Under the pieces are notes generated by a model. It was not told the DNA's origin. It made no database searches and was given only the letters and a program-made list of their open reading frames with translations. Shown in pieces: positions 1-11,679 of a stretch of DNA of 64,000 bases. The stretch comes from Candidatus Eiseniibacteriota bacterium (lineage in GTDB: Bacteria > Eisenbacteria > RBG-16-71-46). The first letter of the stretch is position 1; each line of letters starts with the position of its first letter. The stretch spans positions 1,824,001 through 1,888,000 of the forward strand of contig OY970342.1 in the NCBI GenBank assembly GCA_963717505.1, read 5' to 3'. The translations under genes and the position numbers were made by a program.

Positions 1-1334
1 GACAGCACGTACGCGCCGTCGCCCTTCACGTGACCGGAGTATTGTTGAAGACGCGTCACCACCGGGCCGACGGGGGCGTGAGCGATCACCCGATCGTTGA
101 GCCCCATGGTGTCGATGAAGCGCAACGACGGCGCGTGGAACGGCGTCGAACCCGCGGTGCCGACCGCAACCAATGACCCCGCGCGCAGGTTCTGCTCGAG
201 ATACCGGCCGACCGGTGCGCCGACCGTCGCCGCGTAGTCACGCTCGATCGGCGCCATGAGCTGAACCGCAAAAGGAATCGCAGCAGCGAGCAGCGCAAGC
301 GCCGCGATCGGCCGTGCGCGGGCCGGTACTGCAAGCGCGGCCCAGCCGATCGCGCAGGCGCACAGCGGGACGATCGGCGCCAGCAACCGGCCGTACGGCA
401 TGTGATCGCCGCCCGCGAACACGATCCCCGCCAGCACCGGCAGCGTGAGCCACAAGACTCGTGCGTAGCGCCAGGAGCGCGCCAGGGCAATCGCCGCGAA
501 TGCACAGGCCGCCGGTGGCACCCAGTAGAGCCAGTTCGACGACAAGTACTGGAGCGCGCCCGCAAGGCGAAGGCCCAACGCGATGCCGGAACCCTTGGCG
601 TAGGCGACATTGGGTAGCATGTCGCCGTAATACGTCCCGCGGAACGCAAGCCAACCAAGGCCGGCGGCGGCGCACGGCAGCGCCACGCGCCACGCGTTTG
701 CCCGCCACGGGGGCGGAATCAGAAGCATTGCGACCGCCCCAGCCACGAAGCCTTCCGGACGCGTGAGCCCCGCGAGCGCGAACGCGATCCCGGCGAACCA
801 CGCCGCCGGGATCGAGGCGCGCGCGACGCTCTGCGGCCACCGGGGATCGTGACTGCCGGCGCGCCAGATGAGCCACGCGCCCAATGTGAGCAGAAACGCG
901 AAGCCTGTGCTCTCCAAACCGCCGAGGCTCCAAATGAGCAGGCCGAAATGGCTGGCGACGATGAGCAGTGCGATCGGCCCTGCCACATGCAGCACGAGCC
1001 ACGCGAGCAGCAGCAAGGACGCGACGCCGAGGATTCTTGAAGCCGCCTCGAGCGGTATGCCGAGTGCTCCCAGCCCGGCGGAGAGCCCGACCCACAACGG
1101 ACTCGAGTAGCCTTCGACACGCTCGCCGTCGGTCCAGGTCAGCCCGTGTCCGGTGAGCAGTCGCTCGGCGTAACGCAGCGCGATGAACGCATCATCGTGA
1201 TAGAAGTGCCGCGCGTGCCAGAGGCCGAGGCCCAAGGCAGCGAGCGAGACGAGGACCAGGACAGAGTTCGGGAAAGTGCCCGCGTGCGGGGAAACGGCTT
1301 CGGGGACACTCGACTCGGATGGTCGGTCGGCCAT
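1..1334 (-). CDS. GT-C fold membrane glycosyltransferase (AftB/arabinofuranosyltransferase-like), 3' end runs off the window
   Basis: Not in the ORF track. Translated by hand from ATG 1334: MADRPSES...FYHDDAFIALRYAERLLTGHGLTWTDGERVEGYSSPLW...LTRPEG...YYGDMLPNVAYAK...GGDHMPYGRLL...FIDTMGLND; many TM helices. Confidence 0.75.
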   Translation of the reverse strand, partial: MADRPSESSVPEAVSPHAGTFPNSVLVLVSLAALGLGLWHARHFYHDDAFIALRYAERLLTGHGLTWTDGERVEGYSSPLWVGLSAGLGALGIPLEAASRILGVASLLLLAWLVLHVAGPIALLIVASHFGLLIWSLGGLESTGFAFLLTLGAWLIWRAGSHDPRWPQSVARASIPAAWFAGIAFALAGLTRPEGFVAGAVAMLLIPPPWRANAWRVALPCAAAGLGWLAFRGTYYGDMLPNVAYAKGSGIALGLRLAGALQYLSSNWLYWVPPAACAFAAIALARSWRYARVLWLTLPVLAGIVFAGGDHMPYGRLLAPIVPLCACAIGWAALAVPARARPIAALALLAAAIPFAVQLMAPIERDYAATVGAPVGRYLEQNLRAGSLVAVGTAGSTPFHAPSLRFIDTMGLNDRVIAHAPVGPVVTRLQQYSGHVKGDGAYVL

Positions 1335-1403
1335 GACGAATACGAAGATAGGGCCTCGGGGTCACTCCCGTCGATTCCGAGGTAATTTGATACCTTCCGA
1401 CCC

Positions 1404-2417
1404 ATGACTGCGTTCCGGGCACTCGGCCTGCTCTCCGGCGGTCTCGACAGCGCGCTGGCCGCGCGCATCCTGATCGACCAGGGCCTCGAAGTGGTCGGAC
1501 TCCATCTCGAATCGCCCATGGCCTGCCGCTCCGACGTGCACGCCGTGGCGCGCGAGCTGGGGATCCAGCTCGAAGTGCGCCAGAAGGGCGAGGAGTACCT
1601 GCGCCTGCTGCGCCATCCGCGTTGGGGGCACGGCCGAAACATGAACCCGTGCATCGACTGCCGGCACTACATGTTCCAGATCGCCGAGTCGCACCTCGAG
1701 GAGTTGGGCGCCAGCTTCTTGTTCACCGGCGAAGTGCTCGGGCAACGCCCGATGTCGCAGACACGCGCGAGCATGCAGCTGATCGATCGCGCGGCGGGGC
1801 TCGAGCGCCGGATCCTGCGGCCGCTCTCGGCGCGCCTGCTCGACGAGACCGAACCCGAGACGCGAGGCTGGGTCGATCGCTCGCGTCTGTACGCAATCGC
1901 CGGCCGATCGCGGCATCTGCAGCTGGCCCTCGCCGAGCGCTGGCAGCTGACCGCGCACCAGTCGCCGGGTGGGGGCTGCCTGCTGACCGACGCGCACTTC
2001 TCGGCCAAGCTCAGGGACTTGTTCGCGCATCAGCCCGAGGAACGGACGACCATGGAAGACGTGGCAATGCTTCGGGTCGGCCGCCACTACCGAGTCGCTC
2101 CCGAACTCAAGATCGTGCTCGGGCGGGATCGCGACGAGAACGCGAAGCTCGCCGCACTCGAAAACGACGAGCGCTGGCTGGTCGAGCCGGTCGGATTCAG
2201 CGCTCCCGCGGCCTTGGTCGTCGGCCCGCGCAGCGAACCGGCGCTGGCCAAGGTTCTGGAGTTGATCGCCATCCACGCCCGAACGATTCCGGCCGAGGCC
2301 TCGGTGCGCTGGCGCGACGGTAACTCGTGGCTGCACAGGGAGATCCAGCCGTCGGCGGCCTCCGCGCCTGACGTTTTGGCGACCGCGGTCCGCGCGGCTC
2401 CGGCTGGGCCGCGATGA
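1404..2417 (+). CDS. PP-loop tRNA sulfurtransferase-like protein (ThiI/MnmA-like, with DUF814-type C-terminal region)
   Basis: SGGLDS PP-loop, NPCIDC, TGEVLGQRPMSQ, PGGGCLLTD, GRHYR and GRD..EN motifs. Confidence 0.75.
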   Translation: MTAFRALGLLSGGLDSALAARILIDQGLEVVGLHLESPMACRSDVHAVARELGIQLEVRQKGEEYLRLLRHPRWGHGRNMNPCIDCRHYMFQIAESHLEELGASFLFTGEVLGQRPMSQTRASMQLIDRAAGLERRILRPLSARLLDETEPETRGWVDRSRLYAIAGRSRHLQLALAERWQLTAHQSPGGGCLLTDAHFSAKLRDLFAHQPEERTTMEDVAMLRVGRHYRVAPELKIVLGRDRDENAKLAALENDERWLVEPVGFSAPAALVVGPRSEPALAKVLELIAIHARTIPAEASVRWRDGNSWLHREIQPSAASAPDVLATAVRAAPAGPR

Positions 2418-3022
2418 ACCCGCCCGCCGATCCCGCCGATACCGTCGAGAGCCCACGCAGGGAGCCCAGGCTCCCGCCGGGACAGATCCTCACCGAGAAG
2501 TGGCCGGTGCTCCATCACGGCGCGGTTCCCAAGGTGAACCTCGCCACATGGGACTTCCGGATTCACGGCTTGGTCGAGGCGCCGGTTGGCTGGACGTGGG
2601 AAGAGTTCCAGAAGCTCCCGCGGTTTCGCGCGAAGAGCGACATTCATTGCGTGACCCGCTGGAGCCGTTACGACAACACGTGGGATGGCGTGTCGATTCG
2701 GGAGGTGTTCCGGCACGTCGTGCTGAAGCCCGAGGCCCGTTTCGCGATCGTTCACGCCGAACAGGGCTACACGACCAATCTGCCGCTTGCGGAGTTGATT
2801 CAGGACGATGTCCTACTCGCCGACCAGCACGATGGCGTACCGCTCACTCCCGAGCACGGCTGGCCCCTTCGCCTTGTCGTTCCCCGGCGTTACTTCTGGA
2901 AGAGCGCCAAATGGGTGCGTGGGATCGAAATCGTCGCCCGCGATCACCCTGGATTCTGGGAACAGAACGGCTACCACAACGACGCCGACCCCTGGCGCGA
3001 GGAACGCTTCTCGGACTGGTAG
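2414..3022 (+). CDS. Sulfite oxidase-like molybdopterin-binding oxidoreductase (YuiH-like)
   Basis: RLPPGQ, DIHCVTRWS, HGWPLRLVVP..YFWKSAKW, GFWEQNGYH; ATGA overlap with the upstream gene. Confidence 0.9.
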   Translation: MNPPADPADTVESPRREPRLPPGQILTEKWPVLHHGAVPKVNLATWDFRIHGLVEAPVGWTWEEFQKLPRFRAKSDIHCVTRWSRYDNTWDGVSIREVFRHVVLKPEARFAIVHAEQGYTTNLPLAELIQDDVLLADQHDGVPLTPEHGWPLRLVVPRRYFWKSAKWVRGIEIVARDHPGFWEQNGYHNDADPWREERFSDW

Positions 3023-3046
3023 TCGCGGTCATCGGCGGAGCGCGCG

Positions 3047-4768
3047 ATGAGCACCACCCCGCGCGAAACCGCACTCGCCTGGCTGCGCGCCCAGTTGAAT
3101 GAGATGGGTGGCTTCCGCAATGCCACCACGCGCGACACTCAGTTCAAGCAGTGGCGTCAGAACACGCTCACCGTGATCCAGCGAATCTGGCCGGGCATCA
3201 CCGAACGGTCGCGACGGTTCAAGAAGGTGCCGTTCGCCCCGGCGTCCAACCTCGCGGATTCGCGCGAGGTACGCGAGAGCTTCGAGCGCGGCTGCGCCGA
3301 GGCCGAGAGCCTGTTGAGCCATTGGATCCAGGAGATCGAGGAGCACGGTGTGCGCCACGAGCCGGCCGAGAAGTCGCAGGCGTCGACCGACGTCGCCGAA
3401 TATGCCGCGACTCTGACGCTCGATCACGCGCCGTCCTCCGACGAGCCGGGCGAGCACGAAGACGAAGTGCGCACGTTGGACCTGGACGATGCTCCCGCTC
3501 AGCCACCGGCACCGCCCGCGGCGCAGATGCAGGGACAGCCCGCTGCGTCAGCGCACCCCCCGGCACCCGGGCACGTTCCGGTTTCGCAACCCCAGGCGCC
3601 GGCGCCCGAGGCCCCAGCCGCGGCTCCTCCGCGCAAGGTTCGCAAGCCCGCAGCCGCCAAGTCCAAGACGCGGCTCAAGGATCTGCTGGGCCTCGGTCAT
3701 CTTTCAGCGGCCCAGGGTGCCGCCGATCACTCGTCGACGGCAGACGGTGAGAATCTGGCGGCTCCGCCGCCGGCTGCCGACACGCCATTCCCGGGGCCGC
3801 CGCCGGTTGCTGTGACACCGTTCCCCTCGCCGCCGCCGGTTGCCGACACACCGTTCCCTGCTCCGCCGCCAGTTGCCGACACGGCAACACCGGTGCCGAC
3901 CGCGTTTCCCGCGCCACCGCCGGTAGCCGACGCATCGTTCCCGCCGACGACCGGAATTCCGGCGGCTTCGGTGTTTCCCGCGCCTCCGCCCGGGTCCGAC
4001 TCTCAGTTTCCGTTGCCGTCCAATTTCCCCACGGGCCCGTTCCACACGACTTCGGAGGCGACCTCGGAGCCGATGGCCGATGCGGAGGATGCGGTCGAGG
4101 ACCTCGAGGATCCAGTCGCGCCCGATGAGCACGTGTTCGCGTCCCGCGAGATCGACCTGGACGCGCACGATGGCGCCGATGCGCAGTCTTACGAGTCCAT
4201 GGTCGAGAAGCTCGAGAACGAAAAGACGACCGAGCCCCTCGTGCCACCCGCAGCCTCGGTGCCGTTCCCCGGACCACCGCCGATCCCGAATGTCATCCCG
4301 ATTACGCCGCCCGAGGTCGCCACGGCGCCGCCAGTGGCCACTCCGCAAAGGACCCCGTCGTCGGCCTTCCCGGCTCTGGCCCCGATCGCGGCGGAACCCC
4401 AATCCGAGTCCTCCGAACCACTCGAGCTCGACCCGGCGAGTCTGCTTCAGGTGGTCTCGGTCGACACTCCGCGCAGCCCGGCGCAGGACGGGTCGATTGG
4501 GCTGGTCTCCGACGACATCGGGCCGGGCCGCTTCAGCGGTCGGACCGCGCCGGTCGCAGCACTCGCCGCCCAGCTCGATCACATGGACATCCCGCCGATC
4601 GATCGCGTGGCACTCAAGCGATTCCTGATCGACCTCGCCCTGCGCCTCGAATCCGACACCTGCGCATGGGTCGATTTGCGGGCGGCAATCATCACCGTAA
4701 TGGAGTATCCGCAGCTCGCGCGTCGCGCGCTGCCCGCCCTGCTGCCGTTCCTCGATCGGGCGGCCTGA
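3047..4768 (+). CDS. Hypothetical protein: helical N- and C-terminal domains joined by a long Pro/Asp/Glu-rich disordered linker
   Basis: 573-aa ORF, GGAG RBS, genome-typical codon usage, low-complexity middle region. Confidence 0.7.
   Translation: MSTTPRETALAWLRAQLNEMGGFRNATTRDTQFKQWRQNTLTVIQRIWPGITERSRRFKKVPFAPASNLADSREVRESFERGCAEAESLLSHWIQEIEEHGVRHEPAEKSQASTDVAEYAATLTLDHAPSSDEPGEHEDEVRTLDLDDAPAQPPAPPAAQMQGQPAASAHPPAPGHVPVSQPQAPAPEAPAAAPPRKVRKPAAAKSKTRLKDLLGLGHLSAAQGAADHSSTADGENLAAPPPAADTPFPGPPPVAVTPFPSPPPVADTPFPAPPPVADTATPVPTAFPAPPPVADASFPPTTGIPAASVFPAPPPGSDSQFPLPSNFPTGPFHTTSEATSEPMADAEDAVEDLEDPVAPDEHVFASREIDLDAHDGADAQSYESMVEKLENEKTTEPLVPPAASVPFPGPPPIPNVIPITPPEVATAPPVATPQRTPSSAFPALAPIAAEPQSESSEPLELDPASLLQVVSVDTPRSPAQDGSIGLVSDDIGPGRFSGRTAPVAALAAQLDHMDIPPIDRVALKRFLIDLALRLESDTCAWVDLRAAIITVMEYPQLARRALPALLPFLDRAA
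3763..3943 (+). repeat. Degenerate ~33-bp coding tandem repeat (PPPVADTPFPx)
   Basis: Units resembling CCGCCGCCGGTTGCCGACACACCGTTCCC recur 4-5 times. Confidence 0.7.
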
Positions 4769-4817
4769 CCTCGCCCTAGTCCGCGACCCCTCGCGCGGCG
4801 AGCGCGGACGGCGACTG

Positions 4818-4846
4818 TTGCAATCATCCGCAGCGGGCGGCAAGAT
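4818..4846 (+). promoter_or_regulatory. Putative sigma70 promoter for a leaderless clpB transcript
   Basis: TTGCAA-N17-CAAGAT, 6 nt before the ATG, no SD sequence. Confidence 0.45.
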
Positions 4847-4852
4847 TCCGCC

Positions 4853-7459
<2,607 letters not shown>

Positions 7460-7467
7460 CCCCCGCG

Positions 7468-9777
7468 TCAGTTGACCCGCACGAAACGCGCGGATCCGGC
7501 CTCACCGACACCGTGGATGCGGGCCCAGTAAACCCCCGGCCTGGCCTTGGAGCCGTCGGTGCGACGACCGTCCCATTCGACGACGTGTTTTCCACTCGTG
7601 AGACCAGCCAGCGATTTCGACCACACACGTTGGCCCGTTGCGGAGAATACTTCGAGCCGCGCGGCGTTGGAGCCGCCGGCCAGATCGAACTCAATGGATT
7701 GGACACCGATGGCAGGGTTCGGTCGTATGGACGAGATCCCACCACGACCGCGGGACTCGGGCGAAGGCACGGACAGTGTCACTGCCCAACTCAGCTCGCT
7801 CGCGCCTTCGTAGGCGAAGTGCGTGTCGGTGCCGCCGTGGTACTGACCGCCGTAGAGCACCATGCGGTCTCGAGCGGCGTCGGCAATGACGGTACCTTGC
7901 CCACGACTGCTCGGCACACTCCCGTCGGGTTGCAGCTGGGTCCACGTGTGTGGTCCGTCGAGGGAAAGAGCAAAGGTTTCAGGTTGCGGGAAGATGTCGT
8001 AACCCGCGCCGTGGAGCACCAGGCGGTCGCGGACGGGGTCGTAGATTGCGCCCCATGACCACACCGGCTGGCCCGGCGGCGCTCCTGAAGTCGCGATCGT
8101 TGCCCAGGTCGGCGTGCCCGCAAGCGTCAATTCCCAGACGTCAGGGATGCCGAGCGTACCGCCGATGACGATCATCCGGTCGCGGGGCGGGTCATAGACC
8201 GCCGCATGGAACGAGCGCGCGCCCGGAGGACCACTCCCCGGCAACTCGGTCCAGGTCGGGGTTCCGGATAGAGTCAGCTCGAAGGTCCGGTTGTCTCCTC
8301 CTCCGAAAACGATCATCCGGTCGCGAGGCGGATCGTAGATTGCCGAGTGACCAACACGCGGCGGAGGTGGAGCGCCCAACGCCACCATCGGGCTCCACCC
8401 GACCGGGTGATGGAGCGTGAGCCGCCAAAGATCGCCGAGCAGGGCACCGCCGAGACCTTCCTGACCGCCGAAGACGATCATCTCGTCCCTCGAGGGATCG
8501 TAGATGGCACTGTGCCCGTGGCGCGCCGCAGGCATCGGATCTCCTGGCTCCCGCGGCTCGGCGAACGGCGACCAGCGGAGCGGTCCAAGATCGAGCATCC
8601 ACGAATTGTTGCCGTCCACGAAATTTGTAATGCCTCCAAAGACGAGCATCTGGTCGGAGGCGGGAAGATGGATCGCCGTGTGAAAGTAGCGCCCCGCCGG
8701 CTCGATGCCCGCATGGAGTTGGGTCCATGCCGGTACTCCCGTGAGCGATAGCGCCCACACGTCGTCGTAATCCGTGTACCCGCCGAAGACGAGCATGCGC
8801 TCCCGGCGGGAATCGTACGCAGCGCCGTGAAGGTGGCGGGGCGCGGGTGGGTTCGGTGTAGCCAGCAGGGTCCAGGAGGCATCGGACATGGAAAGCGACC
8901 ACGCCTCGCTGCTGGGTCCTGAGGCGGCCTGACCTCCGAAGAACACCATGCGGTCTCCCGCCGGATCGTAGATCGCGGTTGCGCCGAAGCGCGGGGTCGG
9001 GGGCGTCCCGGTTGTTGCCAGCAGGGTCCAGGTCGAGGCGGCGAAGTCCGCGACCCAGACCTCGTTCAGTGGTCCCGTCGCATCCTGGCCTCCGAAGATC
9101 ACCATGCGGTCGCGCGCCGGATCGTAGATGGCCGCGTGTTGATACCGGGGCGTCGGAGGTGTGCCACCGAGGGTCACAAAGCTCCATGCCGGATTCGCGA
9201 GATCGAGCGCGCGCACGTCGTTGCGGAGTGCGCCCCCGCCGCCGTTGCCGCCGAAGATCACCATGCGATCGCGCAGGGGGTCATGGACCCCCGAATGCCC
9301 GTAACGGACGCTCGGAACGATTCCCATGGGAGTCAGCTGAGTCCAGGTCGGCGATCCCGACAGGCTCAGTACGAATGAGTCGTTCCTGTGGGCGCTGGGT
9401 TCCCCTTCTCCCGGACCGACTGAACCCCCGAAAACGACGAGCTGGTTGCGGATCGGGTCGTAGACATGCGCGGCGCCAAACCTCGGGGGCCCGCCGGACG
9501 CGATCGGGCGCCAAACCTGGGGATCCGACAGCGAGAAGCCCCAGGAGTCTGTTGCCACGGAAATCAGGCCCAAGGGAGTTGGTACGACACCTCCGTGGAC
9601 GACGAGCCGGTCCAGACCTTCGTCGTACACGCAGGCCAGCCCGTACCGCTCATCCGGCTGAACCCCGAGGCCACGCCAGGTGCCATCGGGAGGGGATGCG
9701 GTCGCGATCCTCGAGAAAGCGGTCGCGATCGACAGAAGCGCTGTGGACCATATGTATCGGGATCGGATTCGAATCAC
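7468..9777 (-). CDS. Secreted Kelch-repeat beta-propeller protein with C-terminal FlgD-Ig/T9SS-like domain
   Basis: Signal peptide; repeated PxPRxxHxAIYDPxRDRMxxFGG; C-terminal PNP...WDGRRTDG...GVYWAR. Confidence 0.85.
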   Translation of the reverse strand: MIRIRSRYIWSTALLSIATAFSRIATASPPDGTWRGLGVQPDERYGLACVYDEGLDRLVVHGGVVPTPLGLISVATDSWGFSLSDPQVWRPIASGGPPRFGAAHVYDPIRNQLVVFGGSVGPGEGEPSAHRNDSFVLSLSGSPTWTQLTPMGIVPSVRYGHSGVHDPLRDRMVIFGGNGGGGALRNDVRALDLANPAWSFVTLGGTPPTPRYQHAAIYDPARDRMVIFGGQDATGPLNEVWVADFAASTWTLLATTGTPPTPRFGATAIYDPAGDRMVFFGGQAASGPSSEAWSLSMSDASWTLLATPNPPAPRHLHGAAYDSRRERMLVFGGYTDYDDVWALSLTGVPAWTQLHAGIEPAGRYFHTAIHLPASDQMLVFGGITNFVDGNNSWMLDLGPLRWSPFAEPREPGDPMPAARHGHSAIYDPSRDEMIVFGGQEGLGGALLGDLWRLTLHHPVGWSPMVALGAPPPPRVGHSAIYDPPRDRMIVFGGGDNRTFELTLSGTPTWTELPGSGPPGARSFHAAVYDPPRDRMIVIGGTLGIPDVWELTLAGTPTWATIATSGAPPGQPVWSWGAIYDPVRDRLVLHGAGYDIFPQPETFALSLDGPHTWTQLQPDGSVPSSRGQGTVIADAARDRMVLYGGQYHGGTDTHFAYEGASELSWAVTLSVPSPESRGRGGISSIRPNPAIGVQSIEFDLAGGSNAARLEVFSATGQRVWSKSLAGLTSGKHVVEWDGRRTDGSKARPGVYWARIHGVGEAGSARFVRVN

Positions 9778-9843
9778 GGGTCGTACCCCCGGGCCGGATT
9801 CGAATGATACCGCTTTCCAAAGGTATCAAGTTGCGAAAAACGA

Positions 9844-10977
9844 CTAACGCGCTGCGACGCGCATCCGCCGGCGCACGAAGTCGTCCGCCGGGTCGGCCGG
9901 CGTCTCGCGCGCGATCGCCAGCGCCTGCTGGAGTGCGCTCTTACGTTCCTCGTCCGTCGTCGACTCGATGATCTTCTCGAGCGCCGCGACGTGAGCGTCG
10001 CGCAGCGCCTCTTCGGGTTTCGCGGCGATGTCGGGTTGAACGCCGGTGCCTTCCCAGTTGGTTCCGGTCACCGGATTGATCGCGCGGCCGGTGGCGATGA
10101 ACGCGGCGAAGTTCGGGTTCAGCCGGAACATGCCGCCAGGATGAGCGCCACCTGCCGTCGGGGCACCCATCACCGTACCGAGCTTGTGGGTCTTGACGTC
10201 GTAGGCGAACTCCTCGGCCGCCGAGCCGGTGAGCGGGCTCACGAGAACGTAGATCGGCTTGCCGTGGAAGCGAGCTCCAGGAACGAACGACACCGTCCAC
10301 CACTGCTCGCGCTCCATGCCTTCGGGTGTGCGCTGTTCGAAGTTGTTGAAGTTCAGACGCGCGCCCGGCTCGATCAGGTAGGTGAGCAGGGTCGCGATCA
10401 TCTTCGGGCTGCCGCCGCCGTTGCGGCGCAGGTCGATGATCAGCGCGTCGGAGCCGCCCAGGAACTGCATGGCCGCCAGCGCCACCGGCTGGGCCTCGTC
10501 GGCGTTCGAGAACATGCGCAGGTCGAAGTAGCCGACATTGCCCGACAGCCGCTGCACCTTCTCGAATCCGTAGTTGCGCTGCCGTTCCTGATCGCGCGCG
10601 CGCTGTCTTTCTGCTGCCGAGGGCTCAGCGATCACCTCGGGCAGCGGCTCGTGGCGGTAGTGGACCCGCAGATGAAGATCGTGGGTCACGGCCTGCAGGT
10701 GGGAGGTCAGGCTGTCGGCGAATTCCTTGGCGCTGGTGATCCTGTCGTATTCGTGCTTCTTCATGCGCTGGGCGATCGCCTTGGTCGTCTGCTTGGCCTT
10801 GTCGGGGAAGATGTAGCGGCGGTCGACCGCATCGATCAGCGAATCGATTACCGTCTTGCGGGTCGCGGCGTCGAGCGTGAGATCGGGCTGGTCCGGCGAC
10901 GGCATGCGGACCTGGGCGCCGGCGAAGGCGGGCAACAGAAGCAGGAGCAACGAGACCACGGAACGGCGGGCGTTCAT
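9844..10977 (-). CDS. S41 family peptidase
   Basis: Signal peptide, DLHLRV, IIDLRRNGGG, TGSAAEEFAY, NWEGTGVQPD. Confidence 0.92.
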   Translation of the reverse strand: MNARRSVVSLLLLLLPAFAGAQVRMPSPDQPDLTLDAATRKTVIDSLIDAVDRRYIFPDKAKQTTKAIAQRMKKHEYDRITSAKEFADSLTSHLQAVTHDLHLRVHYRHEPLPEVIAEPSAAERQRARDQERQRNYGFEKVQRLSGNVGYFDLRMFSNADEAQPVALAAMQFLGGSDALIIDLRRNGGGSPKMIATLLTYLIEPGARLNFNNFEQRTPEGMEREQWWTVSFVPGARFHGKPIYVLVSPLTGSAAEEFAYDVKTHKLGTVMGAPTAGGAHPGGMFRLNPNFAAFIATGRAINPVTGTNWEGTGVQPDIAAKPEEALRDAHVAALEKIIESTTDEERKSALQQALAIARETPADPADDFVRRRMRVAAR

Positions 10978-11636
10978 GACGAAACTCTCCGAATCGGGGT
11001 TTTGCGCGTGCGGCCCGAGCTGTGTTTCTCGATCAGGCCGCGGATCAGAAGGTCAGAAAGCATGGACAGGCGGCGTTCGACGCCTGCGCGATCGCCCAGC
11101 TCTTCCAGGCTCAGGCTGTAGGGCAGGAGCGCATTGCTAGCGGTGACCAGGGATTCGGCATCGCGCGCCGGATTCCGGCTGGCGAGCTGCCCCATCGTTG
11201 TCGCGTCACGCAGCAGTGCCGCGAACACACGGGCCTCGGCGGCGAAGTGGTCCTGCCGGCGGGCGAGCAACGCCGGGCGCACGCCGCCCAGGAGTGCGTC
11301 GAGGCTCGCGGCGTGGGCGCGCGCGTAGTCAAAGCGGTCGAGCACACGCGCGCGCAACATGCTCCGTAGTCGCTGATCCGCCGGGCCGTGTGCCGCCGCC
11401 AGCTCGCGCAGGCGCTCGAGCAGCGCCGACACCATCCGGTCGATGCAGGAGAGCGCAATTTCTTCCTTGCTCGGGAACGACAGGTAGACCGTGCCCTTGC
11501 CGATCCCGGCCTCGCGCGCGATGTCGTCGACCGTCATCTTGCGAAAGCCGTAGCGGGCGAGCAGGCGGTCGGCGGCGTCGAGAATGCGCTCGCGGGCGGC
11601 CGAGGTGACTGGTGACTGATTTAGTGTTTTGGTCAC
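10974..11636 (-). CDS. TetR/AcrR family transcriptional regulator
   Basis: RERILDAA...TVDDIAREAGIGKGTVYLSFPSKEEI. Confidence 0.93.
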   Translation of the reverse strand: MTKTLNQSPVTSAARERILDAADRLLARYGFRKMTVDDIAREAGIGKGTVYLSFPSKEEIALSCIDRMVSALLERLRELAAAHGPADQRLRSMLRARVLDRFDYARAHAASLDALLGGVRPALLARRQDHFAAEARVFAALLRDATTMGQLASRNPARDAESLVTASNALLPYSLSLEELGDRAGVERRLSMLSDLLIRGLIEKHSSGRTRKTPIRRVSS

Positions 11637-11671
11637 CCAGGGAATCTAGCGCCGCCGCGGAGTGCGTGCAA
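11612..11671 (-). promoter_or_regulatory. sigma70 promoter plus palindromic TetR operator overlapping the start codon
   Basis: Minus strand TTGCAC-N17-TAGATT-N6-GTG; GTGAC-N15(AT-rich)-GTCAC at 11612-11636. Confidence 0.6.
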
Positions 11672-11679
11672 CCTGGGTT

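Noticed and set aside
9805-9828. TGATACC-N10-GGTATCA palindrome between the S41 and Kelch genes
   Set aside because: Single occurrence; cannot distinguish operator, weak terminator or chance
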